A stretch of DNA of 64,000 nucleotides, from the NCBI GenBank assembly GCA_022843925.1, contig JALHMS010000001.1, positions 328,741-392,740 of the forward strand, written 5' to 3'. The translations under genes were made by a program, and so were the position numbers. The notes beneath the pieces are model-generated. The model was not told where the DNA came from and searched no databases. It saw only the letters and a list, made by a program, of their open reading frames with translations. Shown one piece after another: positions 1 to 9,518 of this stretch; positions within the stretch are counted from its first letter, which is position 1; every line of letters begins with the position of its first letter. The DNA comes from Burkholderiales bacterium (GTDB lineage: Bacteria > Pseudomonadota > Gammaproteobacteria > Burkholderiales > Ga0077523).

Positions 1-47
1 GATCGCGGCGGTGATCGAGCGCGTCTGAGGCGCCGATCGGAGTCTCG

Positions 48-458
48 CTAGAAGGGCTTCGTCACGACGAGCAGGATGACGGCCAGCATCAGCAGCACCG
101 GCACCTCGTTGAACCAGCGGAACCACACGTGCGACTTGGTGTTGGTGCCCGCCTCGAAGCGTTTCAGGTGCGCCTTGCACATGTGGTGGTAGCCGATCAG
201 CACCACGATCAAGGCGAGCTTCGCGTGCATCCACCCGCCGCCGATGCCGTAGCCCAGCCAGAGCCAGAGTCCGAACACCAGCGCCGGGATCATCAGGATG
301 GTCATGAACCGGTAGAGCTTGCGGGCCATCAGCAGCAGCCGCTCGCGGACAGCCGGGTTGTCGTCCATCGCGAGGTTCACGAAGATCCGCGGCAGGTAGA
401 AGAGGCCGGCGAACCACGACGTGACGAACAGGATGTGCAGCGACTTGACGACGAGCAT
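48..458 (-). CDS. hemJ: HemJ-type protoporphyrinogen IX oxidase / UPF0093 membrane protein
   Basis: 136-aa ORF made of hydrophobic helices. N-terminus MLVVKSLHILFVTSWFAGLFYLPRIFV and internal HxxC..HLKRF region match my memory of the HemJ family. Confidence 0.8.
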   Translation of the reverse strand: MLVVKSLHILFVTSWFAGLFYLPRIFVNLAMDDNPAVRERLLLMARKLYRFMTILMIPALVFGLWLWLGYGIGGGWMHAKLALIVVLIGYHHMCKAHLKRFEAGTNTKSHVWFRWFNEVPVLLMLAVILLVVTKPF

Positions 459-486
459 GGCGGGTTCCGTGGAGGGGGATGCGGGG

Positions 487-1104
487 TCAGTCGGCCTCGT
501 CGATGCGGTAGGCGCGGACGATGCGCTGGAGCGCGATGAGATCGCCGTGGAAGAAGTGTCCGGCGCCGGGGATCACCACGACGGGGAGCTTCTGCGGGCG
601 GGCCCACTCGAGGGCCTCGGCGAGCGGCACGACGTCGTCCTGTTCGCCGTGGATCACGAGCGTGTGGGCCGGGACATCGCTCACCGGGAAGCGGCCGACG
701 GCCGGGGCGACCAGCACGAGCCGCTTCGGCGCGTACTCGGCCGCCACGTGGGAGGCGACGTAGCCGCCGAACGAGAAGCCGGCGAGCGTGAGGGGAAGAT
801 CGCCATGCACGCTTCGCGCGTGCGCGACGACGGCCCGGAAGTCGTCCAGCTCGCCGCGGCCATCGTCGTACACCCCCTCGCTGGCACCGACGCCGCGGAA
901 GTTGAACCGCCACGCGACGAGGCCCTGCGAAGCAAAGGTGCGGGCGAGTGTCTGGACGATCTTGTTCTCCATCGTGCCGCCGTACAGCGGATGCGGATGG
1001 GCCACGACCGCGATGCCCGTCGGCGCGCCCGACGGGTTGAGCATAGAGACTTCGAGATCGCCGGAGGGTCCGGCGATGAGCTGGCGTTCCGCGCCGGCCA
1101 GCAT
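487..1104 (-). CDS. alpha/beta-fold hydrolase (COG2945-like)
   Basis: 205 aa with nucleophile elbow GFSFGG. HPHPLYGGTMENK and a C-terminal GAGHFF motif are typical of this small hydrolase family. Its start overlaps the upstream stop by 1 nt (TGATG). Confidence 0.75.
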   Translation of the reverse strand: MLAGAERQLIAGPSGDLEVSMLNPSGAPTGIAVVAHPHPLYGGTMENKIVQTLARTFASQGLVAWRFNFRGVGASEGVYDDGRGELDDFRAVVAHARSVHGDLPLTLAGFSFGGYVASHVAAEYAPKRLVLVAPAVGRFPVSDVPAHTLVIHGEQDDVVPLAEALEWARPQKLPVVVIPGAGHFFHGDLIALQRIVRAYRIDEAD

Positions 1105-1415
1105 CAGAGGCGCAGCCTGTCGACGACGCGACCGTTCTTCAGGTGTTCTTCGATGATCTCGTCGACATCGCTGCGGTCGACGTAGGTGTACCAGACGTCC
1201 TCCGGATACACGACGATGACGGGGCCCTCCTCGCAGCGGTCGAGGCAGCCGGCCATGTTGATCCGTACCTTGCCCTTGCCCGACAGCCCGAGCGCCTTGA
1301 CCTGCGCCTTGGCGTAGTCGCGAACACCCGAGGCGTCGTGCGCGTTGCAGCAGGCGCGGTTCGGGTCGTCGCGCTGATTGCAGCAGAAGAAGACATGCCG
1401 CTCGTAGTAGCTCAT
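1104..1415 (-). CDS. thioredoxin-like (2Fe-2S) ferredoxin
   Basis: Internal Met at 1415 gives MSYYERHVFFCCNQRD...NMAGCLDRCEEGPV. The Cys pattern CC..C...C..C is typical of thioredoxin-like [2Fe-2S] ferredoxins. The upstream part of the 159-aa track ORF is Arg/Ala-rich junk. Confidence 0.75.
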   Translation of the reverse strand: MSYYERHVFFCCNQRDDPNRACCNAHDASGVRDYAKAQVKALGLSGKGKVRINMAGCLDRCEEGPVIVVYPEDVWYTYVDRSDVDEIIEEHLKNGRVVDRLRL

Positions 1416-1471
1416 GGACTCGAATCTCCGAAGAATGGCGCGCCGATTATACGAAGCCGACCGTGTGGCGC

Positions 1472-2554
1472 TCACCGCTGGTGGCGGAAGTGCGGGAGCA
1501 GGAAGACCGCGGCGAGCAGCGGCCAGCAGAGCGAGATGATCCGCGTGGTGCCTGCGAAGCTGCGGAAATGGCCCTGTTGCCACGGCTCGACGGCAGACAC
1601 CGAGGCGTAGGGGTTGAGCGGCGCCGTGTTCAGCAGGAGGGTGCCGCCCAGCATCGCGGCGAAGGCGGCGATCGCCGCGGCGCGGCGCGGCATCATGCAG
1701 GCCGTGATCCCCAGCCCCAGGCCGGTTGCGATCCCGAGGCCGTTGCCGGGCGTGATCCAGAGGAGCGCGTCGCCGCGCTCGAATAGAAGCGCCGCGGCGA
1801 AACTTCGTGCCGCGAGGGCCCCGACCATCAGGACGACGAGGGCGCCCACCGGATTCTCGGATGCGACGACCCGCAGGATGCCGGCCACCGTGACGATCCC
1901 GAGGACGGCGACACCGGCCTCGAAGGCCGCGTAGGCGAGGGCCGAATAGGTGCCCGGCGGCGTGGTCGCGAGATGCCGCAGGTCGCCGGTCGAGAAGAGC
2001 CAGAGGTCGGGCCGGAACTGCGCGAGGACCCAGAGTGCCAGCAGGATGAGTCCCGCGTCGCCGCCGTTGTGCGGGGTCAGGAAGCGCGAACGCCAGCGGG
2101 CGAAGACGCCGTCCTCCTCATCCCCGGTGAAGAGCGCGATCCAGGCACCGAGCAGTCCGCCGACGGCATTGCAGAACACGTCGAGCGCGGAGGGCACGCG
2201 GAGCGCGATGCTGCCCTGCAGAACCTCCATGCCGGCGCTGAGCAGCGTCGCGAGCGCGAACGCGATGCCGGCGGCCTGGATGCCGCGCCGATGCTGGCGC
2301 AGCCAGCCGGTGAAGAGCATGCCGAGCGGAACGTAGGCGGCGACGTTGAAGATCACGTCGTACCAGGTGTAGTACCGGGGCCACTCGCTCAACTGGCGCC
2401 AGAGGACCGAAGCGTCCGGGACGCGCCAGCCCTCGGCGGGATAGACGCTGGCGATGGCCACGACGACTACGTAAGCTAGGGTGGCGAGCCCCACGAAACC
2501 GGAACGACGGGTGAACGGCGACATCGATGTCATCGGCAGAACGTCGGACGGCAC
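1472..2554 (-). CDS. VanZ-like family membrane protein
   Basis: 360-aa polytopic membrane ORF. The N-terminal half (YDVIFNVAAYVPLGMLF...DVFCNAVGGLLGAW) resembles the VanZ domain. Start uncertain (Met codons also near 2533 and 2524). Confidence 0.65.
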   Translation of the reverse strand: MPSDVLPMTSMSPFTRRSGFVGLATLAYVVVVAIASVYPAEGWRVPDASVLWRQLSEWPRYYTWYDVIFNVAAYVPLGMLFTGWLRQHRRGIQAAGIAFALATLLSAGMEVLQGSIALRVPSALDVFCNAVGGLLGAWIALFTGDEEDGVFARWRSRFLTPHNGGDAGLILLALWVLAQFRPDLWLFSTGDLRHLATTPPGTYSALAYAAFEAGVAVLGIVTVAGILRVVASENPVGALVVLMVGALAARSFAAALLFERGDALLWITPGNGLGIATGLGLGITACMMPRRAAAIAAFAAMLGGTLLLNTAPLNPYASVSAVEPWQQGHFRSFAGTTRIISLCWPLLAAVFLLPHFRHQR

Positions 2555-2591
2555 GGGGCCACGACGGCGTCCGGCATGGGGCGGAGAGGCG

Positions 2592-3545
2592 ATGGGATTC
2601 TATGACATCTTCAACGGCGACGCGGACGGACTCTGCGCGCTCCAGCAGCTTCGGCTCGCCGAACCGGTCGAGGCGACCTGCGTCACCGGGGCGAAGCGCG
2701 ACATCGCGCTCGTCGAACGCGTCGTCCCGGCACCCGGTGACCGGCTCACCGTCTGCGACATCTCGCTCGAATCCAATCTCGACGCGACGCGTCGCGCGCT
2801 CGACGCGGGCGCACGCATCCGCTGGTTCGATCACCACCGCGCTGGCGAGCCGTTCGACCACCCGGATCTCGAGCGCCACGTCGATCTCTCCGCCGCGGTG
2901 TGCACGAGCGCGATCGTCGATCGTCATCTGGGCGGCGCGCATCGCGCGTGGGCCGTGGTCGGTGCGTTCGGGGACAACCTGGGTGCGACGGCGCGAAGTC
3001 TTGCCGCGATGCTGGACCTCGACGAGGCGGTGACAGGCGTGCTCAGGCGGCTCGGCGAGAGCCTCAACTACAACGCCTACGGGGACGACGTCCGGGAACT
3101 GCTCTTCGACCCCGAGGAGTTGCATCGGCGGATGCGGGGCATCGTCGACCCGCTGCGCTTCGCGGAGGACGATCCCGCGTTCGGCATCCTGGAGGCGTCG
3201 ATGCGGGACGATCTGGAACGGAGCAGTGCGCTCGCGCCCATCCTCGAATCGGCGTCGGTGGCCTGCTTCGAATTGCCGGACGCCGCCTGGAGTCGACGGG
3301 TCAGCGGCGTGCTCGCGAACCGCCTCGCGCGGGCGCATCCCGGCCGTGCCCATGCCCTGCTGACCCCATCGAGGGGAATGTTCACCGTGAGCATCCGGGC
3401 GCCGATCGACGCGCCGAAGGGGGCGGATCTCGTGGCGATCGGCTTCGCCGGGGGCGGCGGCCGGGCGGGTGCCGCCGGCATCAGCGGCCTCGCGACCGAC
3501 GACGTTCCCGGGCTCCTGAAAGCACTGCGCCGGGTCTACGGATAG
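2592..3545 (+). CDS. DHH-family phosphoesterase-like protein
   Basis: Internal ATG at 2592 gives MGFYDIFNGDADGLCAL. It carries a DxD-type motif (GDADG) and an FDHH motif, as in DHH phosphoesterases. Confidence 0.65.
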   Translation: MGFYDIFNGDADGLCALQQLRLAEPVEATCVTGAKRDIALVERVVPAPGDRLTVCDISLESNLDATRRALDAGARIRWFDHHRAGEPFDHPDLERHVDLSAAVCTSAIVDRHLGGAHRAWAVVGAFGDNLGATARSLAAMLDLDEAVTGVLRRLGESLNYNAYGDDVRELLFDPEELHRRMRGIVDPLRFAEDDPAFGILEASMRDDLERSSALAPILESASVACFELPDAAWSRRVSGVLANRLARAHPGRAHALLTPSRGMFTVSIRAPIDAPKGADLVAIGFAGGGGRAGAAGISGLATDDVPGLLKALRRVYG

Positions 3546-3605
3546 ACCCGGCGCAGGGGACTGCCATCGACCGGCCTCAGGCGAGGCGGTCGTTGCGTGC
3601 AGACA

Positions 3606-5084
3606 TCAGGCCTTCATCTGGCGACGACGGCGCACCTGCCAGCCCAGGAGAGGGGCCGCGAGGAGCATCAGCGCCCACTCGCTGGGTTCCGGCACCGGCA
3701 CGGCCGTCCACGTCATCACCGTGCCAGGCGGGTTGGTGAAGTCCAGGAACAGCGGGAAGGCCGAGGCGAACCCGGGGCTGTCGGGGTCCAGCAGCGGGCG
3801 GATGCCGGTGATCGTGAAGGTCGAGACGCCGGGGGCGAAGAAGTAGCTCTCGAGACCGTCGAAATCATCGTCCACCACCACGCCGTCGACCACGATCTTG
3901 AGATCCAGGAAGCCATCCGGCGCAATCACTTCGAGGAACTCGCCTCCGCCTGCCAACTCGATCTCGAAGCCCTCGACCGTGGGCGGATCGAACCAGCGGC
4001 GGGGTTGCGGTGCAGTGAACACGAAGATCTCGGGCGCGGGCATGAACGGCAGGATCGGATTGCTCTGCGTCGACCCGAGTTCGACGCCACCCACACCGCC
4101 GAACGCGAAGAAGAACGTCTCGGGGGCGATCGGCGTGCCGTCGCCGAAGACGGGATCGCCGGGCGCGCTGGGCACTTCGCCGCCACCGTCGGTCTCGCCG
4201 TCGCCGCCGCCTTCGCCGCCACCACCTGCGAAGCCCGCGGGCTGGCCGAGCGAGTACACGTTCGCACCGAGCGCCGCGATCTTGGAGAGCGCCGAGGCTT
4301 CGGTTGCCGCCGTGCCGTAGAAGATGTTGAAGATCCGCGTCTCACCGGTGGCCAGCGAGCCGAACGAGAAGTCGAACACCGAACCGTGATCGCTCGGGCC
4401 GTTCTTCGAGAAGTCGGTGTTGACCGTGGTCTCGTCGATCCAGCCCGCGCCGTCCAGGGGGTTCGAGCTGGCAAAGCCGTTGTTGCTGGCGAAGAGGACG
4501 TTGCCGCCGTTCGACACGAGGTTGGCGACCACACCGCCGTGGGTGACGTACTCGCTGAACGGGGAGGGCGGGACATCCCAGTCCATCGCGCGGCGGTACA
4601 CGAGATCGTCGAGCGTCGTGCCGCCGGTGTTGGTGATCTGGACCTGAACCTGGAAGGTGTCGGCCTGGAGGGAGGGGCCGTAGAAGTGGCTGATCGTGAC
4701 GGGCGCGCCGTTCATGAAGACCGTGGAAGACGCCGTGTTGCCGAGGATGCCGAAAGTGCCCCCCGTGTAGCCGCCGGAGCCCGACGACTGGTTCGCGAAG
4801 GCCGAGAACGATAGATCGCCGGACCGGACCGAGACGCCCCAGCCTTCGCAGGCGCATCCCGGGGAGATCGCGTCGCCGACGCCGTTGCGGAAGACGCCGT
4901 ACGTCATCTCGCCGCCGGGCCCGGTCTCCGAGAAGAAGTTGAGTTCGCCGGAGTCGTTCACGCCGAGCGTGGTCTCCCCGTACGTGATGATGCCGCCGGC
5001 CTGCGCGGCCCCGGCGCCGATCAGGGCGCCGGTGGCGATGGCGGCCGCGATGGCGCGTGCCAGGGCCTTTGTTCTGAATCGCAT
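3606..5084 (-). CDS. secreted PEP-CTERM-anchored protein (exosortase substrate candidate)
   Basis: Start at Met 5084 gives signal peptide MRFRTKALARAIAAAIATGALIGAGAAQA. The C-terminus VPVPEPSEWALMLLAAPLLGWQVRRRR shows PEP motif, TM helix and Arg cluster. An internal Gly/Asp/Glu linker GGGGEGGGDGETDGGGE is present. Confidence 0.85.
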   Translation of the reverse strand: MRFRTKALARAIAAAIATGALIGAGAAQAGGIITYGETTLGVNDSGELNFFSETGPGGEMTYGVFRNGVGDAISPGCACEGWGVSVRSGDLSFSAFANQSSGSGGYTGGTFGILGNTASSTVFMNGAPVTISHFYGPSLQADTFQVQVQITNTGGTTLDDLVYRRAMDWDVPPSPFSEYVTHGGVVANLVSNGGNVLFASNNGFASSNPLDGAGWIDETTVNTDFSKNGPSDHGSVFDFSFGSLATGETRIFNIFYGTAATEASALSKIAALGANVYSLGQPAGFAGGGGEGGGDGETDGGGEVPSAPGDPVFGDGTPIAPETFFFAFGGVGGVELGSTQSNPILPFMPAPEIFVFTAPQPRRWFDPPTVEGFEIELAGGGEFLEVIAPDGFLDLKIVVDGVVVDDDFDGLESYFFAPGVSTFTITGIRPLLDPDSPGFASAFPLFLDFTNPPGTVMTWTAVPVPEPSEWALMLLAAPLLGWQVRRRRQMKA

Positions 5085-5402
5085 GGTCTTCTCCACGTTG
5101 GCGGCCGCACAGAGAGGGAGCGGCCCGAGGGTTCCGATTGCGGGTGCTGTTCCGTCAGCGTCGACGGAACAGATCCACTGCGACCAGCGCCCCAGCAAGT
5201 TCCAGTCCTAACGAAACGGAAGGTTTGCGAAACGACGGAACCTGTTGATTTGTCAGTCTCGCGCCGAAGCGGTCGACTCGGTCGGCGCGGAAGCCGTCCG
5301 CTGCCTGTAAGAAATTTCGACGGCGCGGCAGGTCGTTCGGGTCGTGGCGTACCCGTTCGTCATGCAAGGCCGGGTGGTCCGTGCCGCCCGGCCGGTGTCG
5401 GA

Positions 5403-6470
5403 TCACTTCAGCTTGATCTCGGTCCAGAGGCGGTTGGCGAAGCGCCGCTGCTTGGGGTTGAGGTCCTTCAGCATCTCGAGCTTCTTCGCCGTGTCCGCGT
5501 CGGGGAAGATGGCCTTGATCTGCTTCAGTTCGGGGGCGATGTACTTCTGCGCCTCCTGGTTGGGGTTGCCGGACCCGATCATGTTCGTGAGGTCGGCGGC
5601 GTTCTGCCCCTGCAGCATGAAGTCGATGAACTGGTGGGCCAGGTCGGGTCGCGGGGCGCTCTTGTGGATGACCATTGCATCGAGGGCCAGCACTGCGCCC
5701 TCCTTGGGCATGGCGGGCAGCACGCGGAACGGGCGCTTGGCCGCCTTCGCGTCGAGATCCGCCTGGAACATGTCGTTCGAGAAGCCGTGCGCCAGCCAGA
5801 TGTTGCCCACCGTCAGTTCCTTGATGTAGCTGGAGGCGTTGAACGCGGCCCAGTACGGCTTCGCGGCGAGGATGACCTCCTTGGCTTCCATCAGGTGCTT
5901 CTCGTCGACGTCGTTCGCCGAGTAGCCGCGGTACTTCAGTGCCGCGGCCATCAGCTCGCGCTGGCTGTCCATCACGGTGACCTTCCCCTTCACCTTCGCG
6001 AGGATCGCCGGGTCGAAGATGGCGGCCCAGGAGTCGGGCGCGATGCCGAGTTCCTTCATCTTCCTGTCGTTGTAGCCCACCAGCGTGATCGTCATCGCGT
6101 AGGGCGCGGAGTACTTGTTCCCCGGGTCGAACTCGGTGTTGAGGTACTGCGGCATCACGTTCTTCAGGTTCGGGAGCTTGGCCGGATCGAGCGGCAGCAG
6201 GGCGTTCATCTTGATCAGCGCGGCCACGGCATTCATCGTGGGCACCATCACGTCGTAGCCGGTGCCGCCGGCCTGCAGCTTCGCGATCAGCTCGTCGTTG
6301 TCCGAGTAGTAGGTCTGCTTCACCTTGCATGCACACGTCGCCTCGAAACGCTTGATCGTCTCGTCCGACATGTAGTTGTTCCAGTTGTACAGGTGCAGCA
6401 CCGCCGGCTTCTGGGCGAAGGCGGGCAGGCTCACGAGCACGGCGGCGAAGGCGACGAGCAGTTTCTTCAT
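5403..6470 (-). CDS. potD: polyamine (spermidine/putrescine) ABC transporter substrate-binding protein
   Basis: 355 aa with signal peptide MKKLLVAFAAVLVSLPAFA. LHLYNWNNYMSDETIKRFE...GYDVMVPT is typical of PotD/PotF. Last gene of the potABCD-order operon. Confidence 0.9.
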   Translation of the reverse strand: MKKLLVAFAAVLVSLPAFAQKPAVLHLYNWNNYMSDETIKRFEATCACKVKQTYYSDNDELIAKLQAGGTGYDVMVPTMNAVAALIKMNALLPLDPAKLPNLKNVMPQYLNTEFDPGNKYSAPYAMTITLVGYNDRKMKELGIAPDSWAAIFDPAILAKVKGKVTVMDSQRELMAAALKYRGYSANDVDEKHLMEAKEVILAAKPYWAAFNASSYIKELTVGNIWLAHGFSNDMFQADLDAKAAKRPFRVLPAMPKEGAVLALDAMVIHKSAPRPDLAHQFIDFMLQGQNAADLTNMIGSGNPNQEAQKYIAPELKQIKAIFPDADTAKKLEMLKDLNPKQRRFANRLWTEIKLK

Positions 6471-6506
6471 GGCGGTGTCCCCGGGATGGCGTGGGTGGGT
6501 GTGGCG

Positions 6507-7286
6507 TCAGTGCCCGCGCAGGCCACCCGGCGACAGGCGGCTCGCGATCACGATCATGACCAGCGTGACGAGCATCAGCAGCGTTGACACGGCATTCACC
6601 TCCGGTGTCACCGCGATCTTGATCATCGAGTAGATCTGCAGCGGCAGGGTGGTGGAGTCGACCCCGGCCGTGAAGAACGTGATGACGAAATCGTCGATCG
6701 AGAGGGTGAAGGCCATCAGCGCCCCGGCGACGATGCCGGGCATGATGAGCGGTAGCGTGATGAGTCGCAGCGCCTGCCACTGCGTCGCCCCGAGGTCGCG
6801 GGCGGCCTCGGTCAGGCTCTCGTCCATGCCGGAGAGGCGCGACCGGACGACGATCGCGACGAAGCCCACCGAGAAGGCGATGTGCGACAGCACGATCGAC
6901 AGCATCCCGAGGGTCACTTCCAGCAGCACGAAGAAGATCAGCAGGCTCACGCCCAGGAGGATCTCGGGGATCGCGATCGGCGTCAGCACCAGGACGGGCA
7001 GCAGCCGCAGCTTGTAGCGGTACATCGCATACCCCGCCATGGTCCCCAGGACGGTCGCCACGGCGCTCGACGTGAGCGCGATCAACAGGGAGTTCCACGC
7101 CGCCGTCAGCATCTGCTCGTCGTGGAAGAGCACGTCGTACCAGTGCCAGGTGAAGCCGACCCACTCGGCGTTCAGCTTGGAATCGTTGAACGAGTAGACG
7201 ACCACGATGACCAGCGGCACGTACAGGAAGGCGTACACCAGCGCGCTGGCGGCCCACAGGAGCCAGGGTTTGCGGCGCCCGTTCAT
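6507..7286 (-). CDS. potC: polyamine ABC transporter permease
   Basis: In-frame Met at 7286 (MNGRRKPWLLWAASALVYAF). EAA-loop region SLTEAARDLGATQWQALRLITLPL. The start overlaps the potB stop by 4 nt. Confidence 0.9.
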   Translation of the reverse strand: MNGRRKPWLLWAASALVYAFLYVPLVIVVVYSFNDSKLNAEWVGFTWHWYDVLFHDEQMLTAAWNSLLIALTSSAVATVLGTMAGYAMYRYKLRLLPVLVLTPIAIPEILLGVSLLIFFVLLEVTLGMLSIVLSHIAFSVGFVAIVVRSRLSGMDESLTEAARDLGATQWQALRLITLPLIMPGIVAGALMAFTLSIDDFVITFFTAGVDSTTLPLQIYSMIKIAVTPEVNAVSTLLMLVTLVMIVIASRLSPGGLRGH

Positions 7287-8164
7287 GCGCGCTTCGGCCG
7301 GCCGAACCAGGCGGCGAGCCCCGCGAAGAGGATGGCAGCGGCGGTGAGCACGATCGACAGCACGCTGCCGAAGGGCCAGTCGCGGGCGTCGAGGAACTGC
7401 TGCTTGACCAGGTTGCCGATCAGCATGCTGTCGGTGCCGCCCAGCAGGTCGGGGATCGCGAAGATGCCGAGCGCCGGGATGAACACCAGGGCCGCCCCCG
7501 CGTACACCCCGGGAAGCGAAAGCGGGAACGTGATCCGCCAGAAGCGCTGCCAGGCGTTCGCGCCGAGGTCCTGGGCGGCGTCGAGCAGTGCCGGGTCGTG
7601 CTTCTCGAGGTTCGCGTAGAGGGGCAGCACCATGAAGGGCAGGTGCACGTACACGAGCCCGATCAGCACGGCGATGGGCGAGAAGAGCAGCGGCATCGGC
7701 TCCAGCCCGAAGGCGCCCGTCAGCCCGTTGAACGCCCGGGTGAAGAGCGACTGGGGGCCGAGGATGATCATCCACGCGTACACGCGGATCAGGAAGTTGC
7801 TCCAGAAGGGCAGGATGACCAGCAGCACCAGGAGATCGCGCGATTTCTTCGGGCTCCGCGCGATCATCAGCGACAGCGGGTAGGCGCATGCCAGGCAGGC
7901 GACCGTGGTGAGCACGGCGTAGACGAACGACTTCGCGAACAGCTCGAGGTAGATCCGGTCGTCGAAGAAGCGCTGGTAGCTCTCGACCGTGAGGCCGGCC
8001 ACCTCGTCGGGGTCTCCGGTGCCGAACAGCGGGGCCAGGCCGCCGAACTCCCCCGCGTAGCGGAACGAGGCCACGACCATGATGCCGACGGGCACCGCGA
8101 AGAACACGAGCAGGTAGAGCAGCGGCGGGCCACTCAGGATCCACTTCTGGACGCGGGTGCTCAT
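7283..8164 (-). CDS. potB: polyamine ABC transporter permease
   Basis: In-frame Met at 8164 (MSTRVQKWILSGPPLLYLLVFF). EAA loop ALLDAAQDLGANAWQRFWRITFPLS. Confidence 0.9.
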   Translation of the reverse strand: MSTRVQKWILSGPPLLYLLVFFAVPVGIMVVASFRYAGEFGGLAPLFGTGDPDEVAGLTVESYQRFFDDRIYLELFAKSFVYAVLTTVACLACAYPLSLMIARSPKKSRDLLVLLVILPFWSNFLIRVYAWMIILGPQSLFTRAFNGLTGAFGLEPMPLLFSPIAVLIGLVYVHLPFMVLPLYANLEKHDPALLDAAQDLGANAWQRFWRITFPLSLPGVYAGAALVFIPALGIFAIPDLLGGTDSMLIGNLVKQQFLDARDWPFGSVLSIVLTAAAILFAGLAAWFGRPKRA

Positions 8165-8199
8165 CGCGGCGAGCAGTGGGTCAAGATGGCGGACCTCAC

Positions 8200-9285
8200 C
8201 TAATCCGGAAGGAAATGGCCGGCGTCGTCGCGCCAGCCCACCTGCACACCGTCGCCCGGCTCGAAGAACTTCGACGACCGGCCCACTGCGCTGTTGGGCA
8301 GCATGACTTCCACCCGCTGCCCGCCTTCCACTTCGACGATGTAGAGCGTCACGTCGCCCGTGTACAGATAGTCGAACACCCGGCCGTGGAACCGGTTGGC
8401 GCAATCGGCCGGCAGTTCGCGACCGATGGAGACCTTCTCGGGTCGCAGCGCCAGCGTGCCGGCCGCACCCGGGGATCCGCCCGGACTGCCGACGATCCTG
8501 ACGCTGCCCAGCCCCGGGACATCCAGCGTCATGGCGTCCCCGGCCTGGGACGCGACCGTGCCGTCGAGGAGGTTGCACTCGCCGATGAAGTCCGCGACGA
8601 AGCGGTTCTTCGGGAAACTGTAGATGGTGGGGGGGTCGTCGAGCTGCTCGACACGACCCTTGTTCATGACCGCGATCCGGTGCGAGAGCGCCAGGGCCTC
8701 CTCCTGATCGTGGGTCACGTACACGAAGGTGATCCCGACTTCCTTCTGCAGCGTGATGAGTTCCAGCTGCATCCGCTCCTTCAGCTTCGCGTCGAGGGCG
8801 GCGAGCGGCTCGTCGAGGAGCAGCAGCTTCGGCCTGCTGATGAGCGCCCGGGCCACGGCAACCCGCTGCCGCTGGCCGCCGGACAGCTCGTGCGGGAAGC
8901 GCTTCTCCATGCCTGCCAGGGAGACGTCGTCCAGGGCCTCCTTCACCCGGGGCGTGATGTCCGCCGCGGGGCACTTCGCCATGCGCAGCGGAAACGCGAT
9001 GTTGTCCGCGACCGTCATGTGCGGAAACAGGGCGTAGCTCTGGAAGACCGTGTGGATGTTGCGCGCCTCGGGGGGCACGTCGGTCATCGACTGCCCGTCG
9101 AGGACGATCTCGCCGCCGTCGGGAGCATCGAACCCCGCGATCATGCGCAGCAGCGTCGTCTTGCCGCAGCCCGACGGACCGAGGAGCGTGAAGAACTCGC
9201 CCGTCCCGATGGACAGGCTCACGTCGTCTACGGCGAGGAAGTCGCCGAACCGTCGGGTCACGTTGCGGATTTCTAGGAGGGCCAT
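8200..9285 (-). CDS. potA: polyamine ABC transporter ATP-binding protein
   Basis: In-frame Met at 9285 (MALLEIRNVTRRFGD). Walker A GPSGCGKTT, signature LSGGQRQR, Walker B LLLLDEP, and a C-terminal TOBE-like region. Confidence 0.9.
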   Translation of the reverse strand: MALLEIRNVTRRFGDFLAVDDVSLSIGTGEFFTLLGPSGCGKTTLLRMIAGFDAPDGGEIVLDGQSMTDVPPEARNIHTVFQSYALFPHMTVADNIAFPLRMAKCPAADITPRVKEALDDVSLAGMEKRFPHELSGGQRQRVAVARALISRPKLLLLDEPLAALDAKLKERMQLELITLQKEVGITFVYVTHDQEEALALSHRIAVMNKGRVEQLDDPPTIYSFPKNRFVADFIGECNLLDGTVASQAGDAMTLDVPGLGSVRIVGSPGGSPGAAGTLALRPEKVSIGRELPADCANRFHGRVFDYLYTGDVTLYIVEVEGGQRVEVMLPNSAVGRSSKFFEPGDGVQVGWRDDAGHFLPD

Positions 9286-9518
9286 CGCGGTGCGGCGCAA
9301 AAAAAGCCCCCGGATTCTATCGAACAAAAGCCCCGGAACCCACACCCGTCCGCACTTGGTGCATCGCGTTGCTTCCGCGCCGTGGCCGGGAGGGCGTCCG
9401 GCACCGCCGGGTTCTCCGGGATGTTCGTCGTGTGGCCCCGGGCCGGGTTCGTCGTATCGACGCTGCCCGACGTCGCCAGGGTGTGGCGCCCGGGCGCGAT
9501 CGCTTGGAACGCCAGCGG

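Noticed and set aside
2-28. Nine codons ending in TGA at the left edge (IAAVIERV-stop)
   Set aside because: It may be the 3' end of a plus-strand gene lying outside the window, but it is far too short to call.
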